DNA from: Camelus dromedarius
Taxonomy: Eukaryota
Direction of reading: 5' to 3'
DNA: 64,000 nt
NCBI RefSeq assembly: GCF_036321535.1
Contig: NC_087447.1
Coordinates: forward strand, 51,338,001-51,402,000
The stretch's first letter is position 1. Each line of letters starts with the position of its first letter. Of this stretch, positions 37,116 through 50,580 are shown one piece after another. The translations under genes and the position numbers were made by a program. The notes below the pieces were generated by a model. The model had not been told where the DNA came from, did not search any database, and worked only from the letters and a program-made list of their open reading frames with translations.

Positions 37116-39659
37116 CTAGAAAGGGAATAAAAAAATAACTTTTTAATGATGTTGTTTATTTGTTTTTAAAAATAAAAGCCTAAAAGTTTTTCTTAAAGGA
37201 TGCTACTGACATCTAAATACTGCAATTTATACTTCTTTCACCTTGAAACAAAGGGTTTGGCAGCAGTTTGTAAACCACTGATATGATTCACTACCAACAA
37301 TTTACAAACTAGAAAACTAAGGCCCATAAAAGTTAAAAGACTGAAAAGATACATAAAACTGTTAGCAAGAAAAAATATAAATGTTCAATAAAGAGAACTA
37401 GCTGGTGGAAGTGGAAACTGCTAAAACCACTCGGAGATTTGTATATCCTATTATCTAGCAACTCCTCATCTAAATACATTTAATGTACACAAGCAGTTTG
37501 TACGTGAATGTTTACTGAAGAGCTATATGTACTATAGAAAACATTAAAAACAAATGTTGACAAAAAATAGATGTAACCTTGTTATACTTTTATAGATATA
37601 CAGATAGCAGTTAAAAATGAACAAATGTGATTTATATGTATCAAAATGAATAGATTTTAAAACATAATTGAGTGAAAAAGCTACTTGCAGTATGTGTGTA
37701 TATATATATATATATAATACCACTTACATCAAAATTTTAAACACAAAACAAAACTATTATATTGCTTAAATTGCTCAGTAAAAACCTAAAAGAACAGACA
37801 GGAAGGACACACACCATCTTTAGTATAATGTTTAACTCCAGAGACAGAGTAGGCATGAAATGGGGAGGGGATCAAAAAAGATCTCCACAGTATTGATATA
37901 GTTTTATTTCCTTAAAAGACTACAGTCACTATGAAAAAAATATTAGAATTTACACTAAGTATTGAGTGATGAAACTTTATTAGTCTGCACTTTTCAATTT
38001 CTTTTATTACTTCATAAAAATTCAAAAAAAAAAAACCCAAGTCAACAAAATCCTTAAACAGACCCCCCAAAACATCAAAGTATGTTCAAAATCAATCATC
38101 TTAAAAATAGAAAATTGTGTTTAGCATATTAAAGTAACCATTTTTAAAAAAATGTTAATTCTCCATACAGATGAAGATAGCATGGAAAGGTATTTTTATA
38201 TACTACTGTTGAAAGTGTAAACTGATCTAAACCTTCTGGAAAGCAATTTGACAATGTATGTTAAGAGCTTTAAAAATGTTTACCTTTTATATAGCAATTC
38301 TACTCATAGGAATCAGTTATAAGAGGGTATCCACTAAATCTTTTTTTAATTTTTATTTTTATAAATCATACAAGTTCACCGCAGAATAATGAAAAATACA
38401 GATAAGCAAAAAAGGAAAAAATTTTCAATGGCCATTAGCAGTTTTAAATAACAGATTTAATAGGACTTTCTCTGTTCTATTTCTAATGTTATTGTAAGGT
38501 TAGATGGAATATACATGTCCTCTGTAAAACAGCAAAATACAAAAATACTGGAGAGTTCTAAATAATTCTAAGTAGTTGACCACATTATGGTACTACCAAA
38601 TTTTTTCAATGTTTAAAAAAAGTGGTATTATACTGTAATTATCACTGCAAAACTGAATGAACATCACTTTTCACATTATAAAAGTAATTCATGCTGGTAT
38701 AAAAATAAGTAAAAAAGACCAGACGGATTCATAGGAAATAGTCCCTACCACTCTAGTCCTCTCCTTAGAAATAACCACTATCAACAGTTAATTCAACAGT
38801 TTGTTTTCTATCTGCAGGAATCCACCTTAAGGCAATAAATAGAAATGTAATTTACTATTTTTACACCAGTATTTGGAATTGACTGACAAGGGTATCTCTA
38901 AAATTTGCATTTCTATTAATGAATGAATGTTTTAAACTAAACACAACACATAAACTGTTGGTTATACAATCAGACTTACACTTACTTAGATGGAAAGTGA
39001 GCTTTGTGCCCAAGGCCTCCTCCTTTGGAAGCCTTACAACAAAACAAGGTTAACAGCTTTTACTTTTCCTTATCCTCTCTCAAGCTTCACTAGATTTTTA
39101 TCTATCTTTGGACCCTTCCCAATGGCAAGAGCTCTAAATCTTAGAACAAAGATATTTCCAGACAGCTGATTCAGTCATTACCACTTAATGAGGCAGGGTT
39201 TGCCAAAAGCCCTAAAAATTACTAAATGACTAGTGTCACATTGAATGTAAGTGTTCATCTTATATCTAAAACCATATTAAAATCCCAAATTCAAGGAGCA
39301 ATAGCTCAACAGGAAACTCATGGGATTGTCTCTTATGTTATTTCAAAGAAAAGCAACCCACTATTTTAAAAGCAAAAATTTACTAAAGATGTGAATGTCC
39401 TTTCAACGCAAAGTTCTGCATTTCTACAAAGATGAACATATTAAAATAACACAATATAGTACATAAGCTTATTTTAGTTTTATCTACAAAAAATCAAGCA
39501 CAAGTTTTTATTTTGTGCCTAATTTGTTTCTCATTCAGAATTCTTACAACCCATGGGGACAGCCTAAAAAATGGATCTTTTAGCTTTCTTACTCCTCTCA
39601 TCAACTTTACTAGATTTTTATGAATCTTTGTAGTTTCCTCCAACAGCAAAACCAGAGAA

Positions 39660-39865
39660 TCTAGGTTTCTCAACCTTGGCACTAATGACATTTGGGCTGG
39701 TTAATTTGTTGTGGGCACCTGTCCTGTGCATTGTAAAATGTTTAGTAGCAACCCTGGCCTCCACCTAGATGCCAGGAACCCTCTTTCCCACCTCCAGTCA
39801 TGGCAATTAAAATGCCACCACCCAAGGTTCTGGGGGAAGGCAACATGTCCCCCACTGAGAACCAT
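39660..39865. mobile_element. MER20-like DNA transposon remnant
   Basis: ggtttctcaaccttggcactaatgacatttggg...tgtcctgtgcattgtaaaatgtttag...ctgagaacca. Confidence 0.75.
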
Positions 39866-40201
39866 TTTATAACAAAACAGGTTCTATACTAAACTCTAGA
39901 AGTATACTGATCCAAGCCTCGAACGGTGCTAAACATGAATGCCTTTACAAAGAGAAAGAATAAACAGTTAAACTCAAGAGGGAAAATCAAAATTTAATTC
40001 CACAGTAACTAAATAATTCTAAGTGCAAGTATATAGAAAATAAAAGGCAGTGTCCAAATAATGTTACTGTGCTGAAATTTTCCTTAAGAAAGTATTAACC
40101 AAAATAAGTCAATGGCTTAAATATTATATTGCTCAAAGACTGCTTCTTGAAATATAATATGACACAGAAGGAAGCTCAAGATTAAATTATACCATACATA
40201 C

Positions 40202-40338
40202 CTCCAAATTTGGCATTCACCATAACATACAAATGCTCTCGTGGATAGGCATTTAGGTCCCTGGACACCGCATGCAAACTAATGGTGGGGTATTCCAGTG
40301 AGAACCCTAATCCAGAGCCATCTAACCAAGACAGGCGG
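40202..40338 (-). CDS. CLNS1A: pICln coding exon 2
   Basis: tttttttcag| ... |gtatgt; 137 nt; RLSWLDGSGLGFSLEYPTISLHAVSRDLNAYPREHLYVMVNAKFG. Confidence 0.96.
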
Positions 40339-43269
40339 CTGAAAAAAATGTTTTAAGTAGATTACTTTAAGAAATCACATTCTAATTTAATATCCTAAAG
40401 TTTATCACTTTTATACATGTGAATAAATTCATGCATACTGTTTAGATTCCTAAATGAGATTCCTAAAATGAGAAAACTCAGCAGCAAGGAACTGAATTTC
40501 TTTAAGACCAATTCTGTTTTCCTCTAGCTAAATATTCAACTAGATTTGAAATGCAATTTTTCTTAAGTCAGATGTGTGCTTCTCTGCCTTTTTACGCTTG
40601 TTCTCATTTGAAATGTCTTCAGGACCTTCTTTGCTTTTTGCAAATTCTCCTCATCGGGTTAAGTCCCAGCTCCTCCACGAGCCCTCCCTCCAATTACTCA
40701 AGTCCATAATGATCTCTTCTCTTTCTAAACTGCACTTATGCTCCGTAATAAACCATTTAGCACTTTATGGTAACAAATCTTACATGTACTGACAGAATAT
40801 GAACTACTTGACAAAAACTGTTAATATTCCTTTATTTAACGTCCTTCAAAACCACTAGCAGAGTGCTCAGCATGTAAGTATGCAATAAGTACCCATGAAT
40901 CACTCATTTCTCCACTTAGTCCTACATTAAATGCCATACAGATGAAATGGCTGTAATCATACCACAAGTTGGAAAATAATCACACTGAAAGACAAGACTT
41001 TATGAACCCTTTCATTTATTCTGCAGCTTTACGAGAAAGCCACAAATAAGTAAGGTCAAGTTTTCCCTCAGAAGTGGTCAAATGCAAATATTTTATTGGT
41101 ATAGCAAAGGAAACATCACGAAAATCAGTATGTTGAGTTCTGAGTAAGGGATGGCTTTTTTTTTTTTTTTTTTTTTTTTTTTGGTAATACTTCACCCATT
41201 TGGAATTGCACTAACTACTAGGAAAAAATGTAAAAAAAAAAAGATCCTTAAGAAACCACAAAAAATGTTAATGCAATAAAAGTTAATGCAATATAGTGGT
41301 TGCACAGTGCTGGAGGGAAATAGAAAGCGACTGCTAATGGGTGTCGGTTTCTTCTGTGGGGGAGTGAAGAGAATATTCTAAAATTGATCATGCCGATGAC
41401 TGCACAACTCTGTAAATAGACTAAAAATCATTGACTTTACACTTTAAATAGGTGAACTGCATGCTATGTAAATTATCTCAATAAAGCTGTTATTTTTAAA
41501 AGAAGTTAATGCAATAAAACCCCCATTCTACTTTCTATACCACTGTAACAAGCCTGGCTGCCTGGTCTCTAACCAAGCAAAAACAAATACAATAGTAGAA
41601 CCTAGGACCACCTTGTGCAGGGATGACAGTGAAGTAGTCTTAGACCGTTCATATCTAATGTGAGGCGAGGCTGAACTTTACACCTCAGTCCCCATAAAGG
41701 AAATCAATGTCTAACAGCACAATACAACTGTGTAACACATGACCCTCACTTATCAAAAGCAAAGGCAGAATTAGATTGTAGTAAAAATTGTCCAAGTCGG
41801 TAAATACACTAAAACGTAAGGAGTCATACACTTAAAAAAAGCAAAAGCAAGAAAATATGCAGTCATTTAGAAAGATTTCCATTCAACATGCTTATTAAGA
41901 AAAGAAACCTGGGAAGCTTAAAGTGACAAATCCTAAGAAGCTTAAAGTGGTAAAAGGTCTAGGAATGATTTTCCAAAATGACTCATCCCATTGGGTCCAA
42001 AGAAATCGATTTTACTATTGTAATTAGAGGGTGTGTGCTGTGCGTGCCTTTGCTGTCCACTGCTTTCCTCTTAACAGGGAGATGAAACAGTGCTCAGGTA
42101 TCACATAAGTAATGCCAGTGCCTTACTAAAACTGCATTATTTTAAGCAAAGAAACTCCTTTTTCTCACCCCTCAAAATCCTCTGGCATTATTACAGTTCA
42201 GAAAAGAGTACTCCAAATTTGGGTGTCCAAAATGATTTCAAACACTCAGAGCCATAAAACTTTAATGACTCAACTAGGAGATGCAAAAATTGAAACATAA
42301 ACACAGACTCAGTACCTATCAAATTATGGCTTTCACTTTAAAAAGCACACAATAACTGCTCAGTAGTTCCTTACTGCTAGCAGAACACGAATGCTACCTC
42401 ACTACAGCATTTCCTATGGAGCACTCATAATCTTATACATGAACATGGATTCTGTACTCTACAGAAGAAAGTTCCTCTTAAAAGCAACATTACTCTGATG
42501 ATTAAATTCTAGTTTTATTTATTCTCTTTTCATATATTCTGGAAGAAAAGCCCTTCAAAACCAAACCGTCTAATTAATTATACCCAGTTCCAAATAAACC
42601 ATGAGTCACAAAAGGGAAAAACAAGAATCAGAAAGCCAGTAGAGATGCAGAGGAATGTTTTGCTAACTTCCAATGCTTTTGCACAAGTACCACTAGTGTG
42701 CTTTATTCCTGGTATAGGGTAAAAAAACAGGACAGGAAGGTAAGAGATGCCTTGAATTTGGGTTGGTTTAATTGTTTAGTCTAAAATTAATTTTGAAATA
42801 AGATATAAAAAAGCATTACTTATAAGTTTGTTACCTATTTTTAATTTACCTATTTTATTTCTGCTTCAATGATCTATTTTGAATGATTCGTGCCTCTGTC
42901 CCCTTCCTTATTTGGATAAAAAGGCAACTTCCTATGAAAACTAAACTTTGAAGTTCTAAATCTCTCAATACACATCTGAGAAACCACCTAAAACCAAATC
43001 AGATCCTGTCTCTCTTTGCCTAAAATCCTGAAACAGTTTCCCCAAAACCTTTGGGCTATAAACCAAGCTTGTGAACATGGCTCTCTCCTTCTCCAGCTTT
43101 ATTATGTTTCCACTCTTCCCCTTGTCCCTTAGATGAAGAACTGCTGGATGGTGTGTGTACACATCATACCCTTGCACACACAATACTGTTTCTCACCCTT
43201 GTTTCTGAGCATCCTGTTTCTTCAAATCAGAACATTTCCTCTTAGCCTCATCTCATTTAAACCTGGCTG

Positions 43270-43402
43270 GGTTTTTTTGTTAGTTTGTTTGTTTTTGGTG
43301 TGGGGGGTTAAGTTTACTTACTTGTTTATTTTTAGAGGAGGTACTGGGGATTGAACCTAGGATCTTGCATATGCTAAGCATGTGCTCTACCCTCCTCCCC
43401 TC
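43270..43402 (-). mobile_element. Vic-1-like SINE
   Basis: tRNA-like body; TSD acctggctg at 43261-43269 and 43403-43411. Confidence 0.85.
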
Positions 43403-44528
43403 ACCTGGCTGTTAATTCTCACTTGTCACATCCTTAGGAAGCTTTCCCAGCTTAAGACCTTGATTCTACAAAGACCTGGAAATGCTAGGTGGGAAAGAAC
43501 AGAAAGGGGAAAGAGACCAAGGAGGTAAGGCTAACAATGAGTGAAGAGTGATGAACAAAGGTGTCCAAGGTACTGGCAATATTCTATTCTTAACCTGGAG
43601 GCGTTACGCGGATGTTAGTTTAATGTAAAGCATAGGTACATATAATTAACCCCCCAAAAATTAGGTACACAATTTATATTCTTTTTTGTATGTATACATT
43701 ACAAAAATATTTTCTTAAGGAAGATGAAAGATTTGTTAGTGAAAAGTTGAAAAAAAGAAATTTTTTTAAACAGAAAAAGTGCTTCAAAAAAGTTTGTACT
43801 TCCTCAGTGTGGTAAATGTATTGTGGCTATATAAGAGGATATCCTTATTTTTAGGACTTTTGCTAGTATTTACTGGTGAAGTAAAATGTCAGAAAGCTCA
43901 GAAAAGAGAAAGATAAATGTGGCAAATGTTAACGAATGAATCTTTGTGAAGAGGCTATGGGTATTAATTAACACTTGAAACTTTTCTTTAGGTTTGAAAT
44001 TTTTCAAAATGAAAAAACAAGTACAGAACCTTCTCAAAACAGTAGTTCTATTATAGAAGGGGCAACATACAGAGAAGCCATGGGGACAAAAGGGATTGTG
44101 TAAGGGCTAGAAATACATGGGTTCCACTTTTCACCCCTTAAAAGAAATTGCTCTCCCAAGGTCACTAAAGATCTCCTTGTCGGTACCTAACAGGTGCTTT
44201 TCAGATCTGATTTTATTTAACTGCTCCTCCCTCTTTTCTCAAATCTCTTCTTCCATAGCCTACCTCTTAATGTAGATGTGTCCCCAAGGTTCTATCCTTG
44301 GTCTTCTTCCCTTCTGCGCTATCAAACCCATCCATTTTTAATACCACTCTCCCAAAAAACACGCTCACATGTACAACTAATCCACACATATCCAGACCAA
44401 ACTAACTATATGCACGTTGCCACAAACTTGCTTTTCCACCCGTCCTATCTCAGTGACTGGCCAAAAGCCTAAGCTTTGCTCAATGACTAGACTTCCCTTT
44501 AAACCAAAGGTTCTTTTTTTGTGCCCTC

Positions 44529-44860
44529 TGTGGTAGGCAGAATTTTGGCCCCTATGACTTTCATATCCCCTGATGTCAAGTCTACCAATGTATTATGTTA
44601 CATAACAAAACAGACTGTGCGTAATTAAGATTATTTATCAGTTAACAATAAAATAGGGAAATCATCCTGGATTATCTATGTGGGTCTAATATAATCAGGT
44701 GAGCGCTAAGAAGCTGAGAATTTTCTCTGGCTGTAGACCAAAGTGATGCAGCAGAAGTCAGGTGTGAAGGGCAGAAAGGATTTTCAATGTGTCACTGTTG
44801 GCTTGAAAATGAATGGAACCATATGTCATGGAAACAGGGACCTCAGCTCTACAACCTCAA
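44529..44860 (+). mobile_element. MLT1-type LTR fragment
   Basis: tgtggtaggcagaattttggcccc...atcctggattatctatgtgggtctaatataatca. Confidence 0.7.
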
Positions 44861-45319
44861 TTTTTAAAACATGTCTGTCTGACTGAAAGTACAAAGTGCT
44901 CCGGATGGCCAAACAAATGGGCAATTCCTTTCAACAACGGAAATGAGAGTCAGGTCCCCCTGGATATAATCCCAGAGTGCACAGGGTTGAGGGTGTTCCT
45001 CTCCCTACCCACATTTACAGAAGAAAATCTATACTCCCTAACCAAACTTTAAATATCCTCTAGAGTCTACCTGAAACCTATATATCCTGCCCAGGGCAAC
45101 ACCTCCGGCACCTGTTCATTGGAGAAGATAGGCACATCCATAACGCTAACTCTGGGCCTAGAAACTCAAAACCTTAGGAGACCTTGCGTAAAGAGCAACA
45201 CTCGCATCAGACCTCCAATAAACAGGCGGGTGAAAAGCACACCCAATGAGGAGAACTCCGTCTGAAGAAAGAGAAAAGAAAGCGCCTGAGAGAACCCTGG
45301 AACAATCGAGTCTTCCTCC

Positions 45320-45900
45320 CAGAAGAGGCACCCCCAGGCAGCGCGGAGCACGCGCTCCCCCGCCCAGCAGCCCCCAAGGTCGCGGCCTCGCCCCCGCTCC
45401 TCCGCATCCCCCGCACCTGCAGGAGGAAGGCGGCACGCAGGAGGCCACCACAGGGGAACAAGGACCCTACCTCTCAGCGATGTAAAGCGTGCCTGTGCCG
45501 AGGCTCTTCCCGTTCAGCACAGCCTCGGTGTCTGGCTGCTGCTGCCGGAGCCCCTCAGCCGACCCTGGCGGCGGGAAACTCTTGAGGAAGCTCATTGCAG
45601 GAGGGAGCGCGGAGACACAGGCCGGAACCAGCTGAAGCACAGCAAGCCGCGCTCGCCGCGCTTGCCGCGCCGCGCCCCGGAAGTGGTAGCAACTACCCCG
45701 GAAGAGCAACTTAGTCTGCCCCCGGAATTGGAGCGCCATCACCATAGAGACGGGACGTTCTAGGGCAAGCTCTCGGAGGCCTGAGAGAACGTGTTTGTCA
45801 CGTGACTCCCTTTCTCCTCTCCCTCCGATTTCTGAGGCTCCAGGCTTGGAATAACGGAGCGTTCTTCCCGACATCCTGCTTCAGGGTCATTACAGCAACC
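45320..45900 (-). promoter_or_regulatory. CLNS1A: CLNS1A CpG-island promoter
   Basis: CpG-rich. Three CCGGAA ETS cores (45677, 45698, 45722), YY1-like CGCCAT at 45734, palindromic E-box GTCACGTGAC at 45797-45806. Confidence 0.85.
45471..45595 (-). CDS. CLNS1A: Methylosome subunit pICln coding exon 1
   Basis: Encodes MSFLKSFPPPGSAEGLRQQQPDTEAVLNGKSLGTGTLYIAE(S); donor GAG|gtaggg; 125 nt. Confidence 0.96.
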
Positions 45901-46827
45901 CTGTGAGAAAGTAAGCACAAGAAATAATAAATTCCTTTTCCTACAAATGGGGAAACGGAGCCGTGAGACAGGGAGTCCCTTGTCTCAGGATGCACGGGAA
46001 ATAGAGACCACACTGATTTACAGGTCGGAGGTTTCCTAACTGGGTTTCGCTCTTTTCACCAGCGCCCACCTCATCCCGGCCTGTTCAAGTCTAAACTTAA
46101 CAGCCACGCCTCAGACTTAAGTCTAGGTCCTGACACCGTCCTAGTGCACGAACAACGTATTCCCCCGGTCTCAGGCAAACGAGCGCAAGAGGTAATTAAC
46201 TTTGAGTGAAGAGCTGGATATGTCAGTGAGCAGAAGGGGCACTGAAGGGAAAATAATTAATCACCAAATTTGGAATTCTTTATTTCTTCGTTAGGCACTG
46301 AAGAGCGAAGTATTTAGAGCAATAAAAACTTTAAAAATAATCGTTAGAGTAGCCATAGATAACCGGGTGTTATGTGCCAGGCACTGTTCTAGGCACTTTA
46401 CCCTTGTTATTCATTTCTTCTTTATGACAATTATATGGCGAAGTTATTACTGATCCAGTTTTACAGATGAGAGGCTTATGGCATTAAACTCAAAAAGAAG
46501 AATTAAGCCATGAGAGACCTACTAGTGGAATCCAAGTCAGCTTTTGGGCACCACTTTTCTTGCCTGTAAAATGAGTAATCATACCTGCACTGTAGGATTG
46601 TTGAGACTGGACAAGGAACATGTGGAGTAGTTCTACTTCTATCTTCTGAATAGTTAAGAGGAGGGTTAGACAGAATCAGAGGAGGCATTTAAGCAAATGT
46701 AAAAGCAAACTGAGGCTTATCACCAAGAACCTAAAGAAGGCAAGATTTATTTCTTCTGCTTCTTATCCCTATAAGTAACAAGTGGTAGGCAGTTAATACA
46801 TCTCACATTTGTATAGTATTCTACTTT

Positions 46828-46937
46828 GGAGGGGGTGTAATTAGGTTTATTTAATTATTAATGGAAGTACTGGAGATTGAACCAAGACCCTCGTGCATGC
46901 TAAACTTGCACTGTACCACTGACCTATAACCTCCCCC
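46828..46937 (-). mobile_element. Vic-1-like SINE
   Basis: Near-identical TSD tgtatagt(a/g)tt(c/t)tacttt at 46810-46827 and 46938-46955. Confidence 0.88.
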
Positions 46938-48287
46938 TGTATAGTGTTTTACTTTTTAAAAGAATGCTTTTCTTACCCATTTTCTCCATTAATCTTTACA
47001 GTAATTCTGTAATGTAGGCAGGGTGGCTGTTACTATGCCCGCTTTACAGATAAGAAAACTGAAGATCAGAGAAATTAAGTGATTTGCTGCAGGCTACATT
47101 ACTAGTACTCAGCTAGAAATTAAATCCCTGCCTTTTACTGCCAAGTTCAGTGTTTTCACTATAAACTACCACCTTTAGAACTAGTAGACAAAGGATTATA
47201 AAGATATTCCTGCCTTTGGTAATAGAATTAGGCTTCTTATAAATCCATTCTTACTAGATCATGCTCTTGCTCTGCACTCTTAAGGCCACACCCTGAGGAT
47301 GAGAGATGGAGTTGAAAGGAGAACAAGTGGAGAGGATGTACCAGGAATAAATTGATCATGAGATCCGAAGGCTTCCTTACTGACACACTTGACATACGGT
47401 GGCTGTCATATGGGACCTGTGTGGGAACTATCAGCTGGAACACCTTTACATAGCATCTGAGTGTGGCCTGAGCTTCCTCACAGTATGGTGTCTGGGTTTA
47501 GTTGAGTACGAACATCTCACAAAAGAGAATGATAGAAGTTGCACAGCCTCTTCTAACCTAGCCGTGGAAGTTAGAGTGTAGCCACAAGTAGGATGTGCTG
47601 ATTTTTCATCTTATTGTTATTTGTTAATGAACTTTGTAGTACTATATGCCTTGAAATGCCTGCAGCCCTGGCTGGCACCTTGACTGCAGGTCTGGGAGAG
47701 ACTTTGAGGCAGAGGCACCTGGCTAAACAGTGCCCAGATTCGTGACCCACAGAAACTGTGAGATAGTAGTTGTTGTTTTAAGTCATTAAGTTTTGGGATA
47801 AACACAGCAACAGGAAACTAATACATTAAGTAAAGAGAAGAGAGGGAAAGAACCTTGAACAGTATTAGTCACTGTGCTTCTCCTTCTACACTTGCCTTGG
47901 CCAGCTTGTCCATGCTCATGGTTTGAATTACCCTGTACAGATGATTCCCAAATCTATATCCGTCCCAGAACTCTTCTATGAAATATAAACTTTTACATCC
48001 TGCAGCCTGCTACACATCTCCACTTGGGATTCCACAGGCACCTCTTATGCAACCTATCATAAATTCAACTTATAACTATGGACTTTGCCCACTTCAGGCC
48101 ATGTCATCTCTTAATTAAACTAAGCCTCCAAACTGGCCTTGGTTTGGTGAATCGAGAGACCTCATAGTCTTTAGGGAAAGAGACCCATTGTTTTAGGGAT
48201 GACAAGGGATATTACAGTAAGTCTGCAGGCTGATGGCAGTGATTTAGGTGAGAGAAAAAGATGGAAGACATAGAACTCAGTAGGTTA

Positions 48288-48797
48288 AGGGTCTAACTTC
48301 ATTCTTTTGCATGTGGATATCTAGTTATCCCAGCACTATTTTTGAAAAGATTGTATTTCCCCATCAAATGGCCTTGGCAGCCTTGTGAAAAGCATTTGAC
48401 CATATATGTGAGGGTTTATTTCTGGACTCGGTATTTTATTCCACTGGTCTATATGTCTGATTTTATGCCACATGTCTTTTTACTACACTGTTCTGATTAT
48501 TGTAGCTTTGTAGTAAGTTTTGAAACCAAAAGGTGTGAGTCCTCCAACTTTTGTCCTTTTAAGATTGTTTAGGCTATTCAGGATCCCTTGAGATTTCATA
48601 TGAGTTTTAGGATTAACTTTTTTATTTCTGCCAAAAATACACCTTAGTGTATAGTATTGACATTTTAACAATAAATCTTTCAATCCATGAACTTGGGATG
48701 TCTTACTGTTTTTGTCTTCTTTAATTACTTTCAGCAACATTTTGTAGTTTTCTGTGTACAGGTCTTTCACCTGTTTGGTTAAGTTTATTCCTAAATA
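48288..48797 (-). mobile_element. L1 ORF2 fragment
   Basis: Degenerate ORF2 peptide YLGINLTKQVKDLYTENYKMLLK and FKTYYKATIIRTV on -. Confidence 0.85.
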
Positions 48798-50580
48798 AAA
48801 AAAAATAGTTGCATTTCTATACACTAGCAATGAACAACCTAAAAACGAAATTAAGAAAACAATTACACTTATAATACCATCAAAATGTATAAAATACATA
48901 GAAATATATTTAACAAAAAAACTACATAGAAAGCTACAAAATATTGTTGAAAAAATTAAAGACCTAAAATAAAAGGAAAGATATCTCATGTTCATTGATT
49001 AAAAGACAATTGTTAAGAAGCCAATATTCCCTCAAAAACCTGCAGATTAAATGTAATCCCTATCAAAATTCCAATTGCTTTTTTGACAGAAATTGGCATA
49101 CTAAACCTAAAATTCACATGAAAATTCATCGTAACTAGAATAGTCAAAATAATCTTAAAAAAAACAAAAGAGCCAAATTGGAGGACTAACTTTCTGATTT
49201 CAAAACTTATCACAAAGTTACAATAATCAAGACTGTGTAGTACTGGAATAAGAATAAACACATAGATCAGCAGAATCAAGAGTCCAGATGTAAACTCATA
49301 CATTTTTGATCAAATGCATTTTGACAAGGATTCCAATATAATTCAATGGGGCAAAGAATAGTCTTTTCAGTAAATGGTGCTGATACAACTGGATAGCCAC
49401 AAGCAAGAGAATGAATTTTGATTTTTACCTCACATCATATATAAAAATTCAGACTGAATCAAAGATCTAAACTTAAGAGAAAAACTTATAAAACTCTTAG
49501 ATGAAAATATAAAACATAAATCTTTGTAACATTGCATTAGGCAACAGTTTCTTAGATAAGACATCTAAAGCATGAGCAAACAAAAATAAAGAAAAGTTGG
49601 ATGTCATCAAAATTAAAAACCTTTGTGTGTCACAGGACACCATCAAGAAAGTAAAAAAAATAACCTGCAGAATCGGAGAAAATATGTGCAAATCATGTAT
49701 TTGGTAAGGGTCTCATATCCAGAATATATAAAGAACATTTAAAACTCAACAATTAAAAGACAAATAACCCAACTTAAAACTGGGCAAGGGATTTAAATAG
49801 ATGTTTTTGAAAAGAAGATATACTACTGGTCAATATGCACATGAAAAGATGTTCAACATCATTAATCAGCAGGGAAATGCAAATCAAAACCACAGTAAGA
49901 AAACTCTTCACAGTCCACTAGGATAGTGATAGTTACAATAAAAAAGGCTAACAATAAGTGTTACTGATGTGGAGAAATTGGAAACTTCATGCATTGCTAG
50001 TGGGAATGTAAAAAGATGCTGATGCTGTGTAAAACAGTTCAGCAGTTCCTTAAAACTTGAAACACAGAGTTACCATGTGATTTAGGAATTCCATTCCTAG
50101 GTATGTCCTTAAGAGAATTGAAAACCTATGTCCACACAAAAATTTGTACACAAAAGTTTATTATTCATAATAGCCCAAGAGTGGGGGCAATCCGAATATC
50201 TATCAGCTGATGAATGGATAAACAAGATGTTGTATATCCATAGAGTAGAATATTATTCATCCATAAAAGGGAATGATTTATGCTAAAACATGGGTGAGAT
50301 CATGAAAACATGCTAAATAAAAGAAGCCAGACACAAAAGGCCATATATTGTATGATTCCATTTATATGAAATGCTCAGAACAGGCAAATCCTTACAGACA
50401 GAAAGTAGATTAGTGGTTGCCAAGGACTCGGGAGAGGGGAGGGATGGTAAGTGACTACTAATAATATGCGGTTATTTTGGGAGGTGATGACAACCTTGTG
50501 AATATACTAAGGACCATTGAATTGCACACTTAAAGATGGTGACTTTTATAGCATGTGAATTACATCTCAATCTAAGAACT
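48798..50580 (+). mobile_element. L1MB-like ORF2 3' half plus 3'UTR
   Basis: gttgcatttctatacactagcaatgaacaa; agggaaatgcaaatcaaaaccac; atgaatggataaacaa; 3' end gtgaattacatctcaat. Confidence 0.88.

Noticed and set aside
45596..45874. N-terminal extension of CLNS1A in the 135-aa ORF
   Set aside because: Runs through promoter motifs; the recognised protein starts at MSFLKSF (45595). Open frame is expected by chance in GC-rich DNA.
48483..48995. 170-aa ORF with L1 ORF2-like peptides
   Set aside because: Chimeric frame across the junction of two decayed L1 fragments, not a gene.
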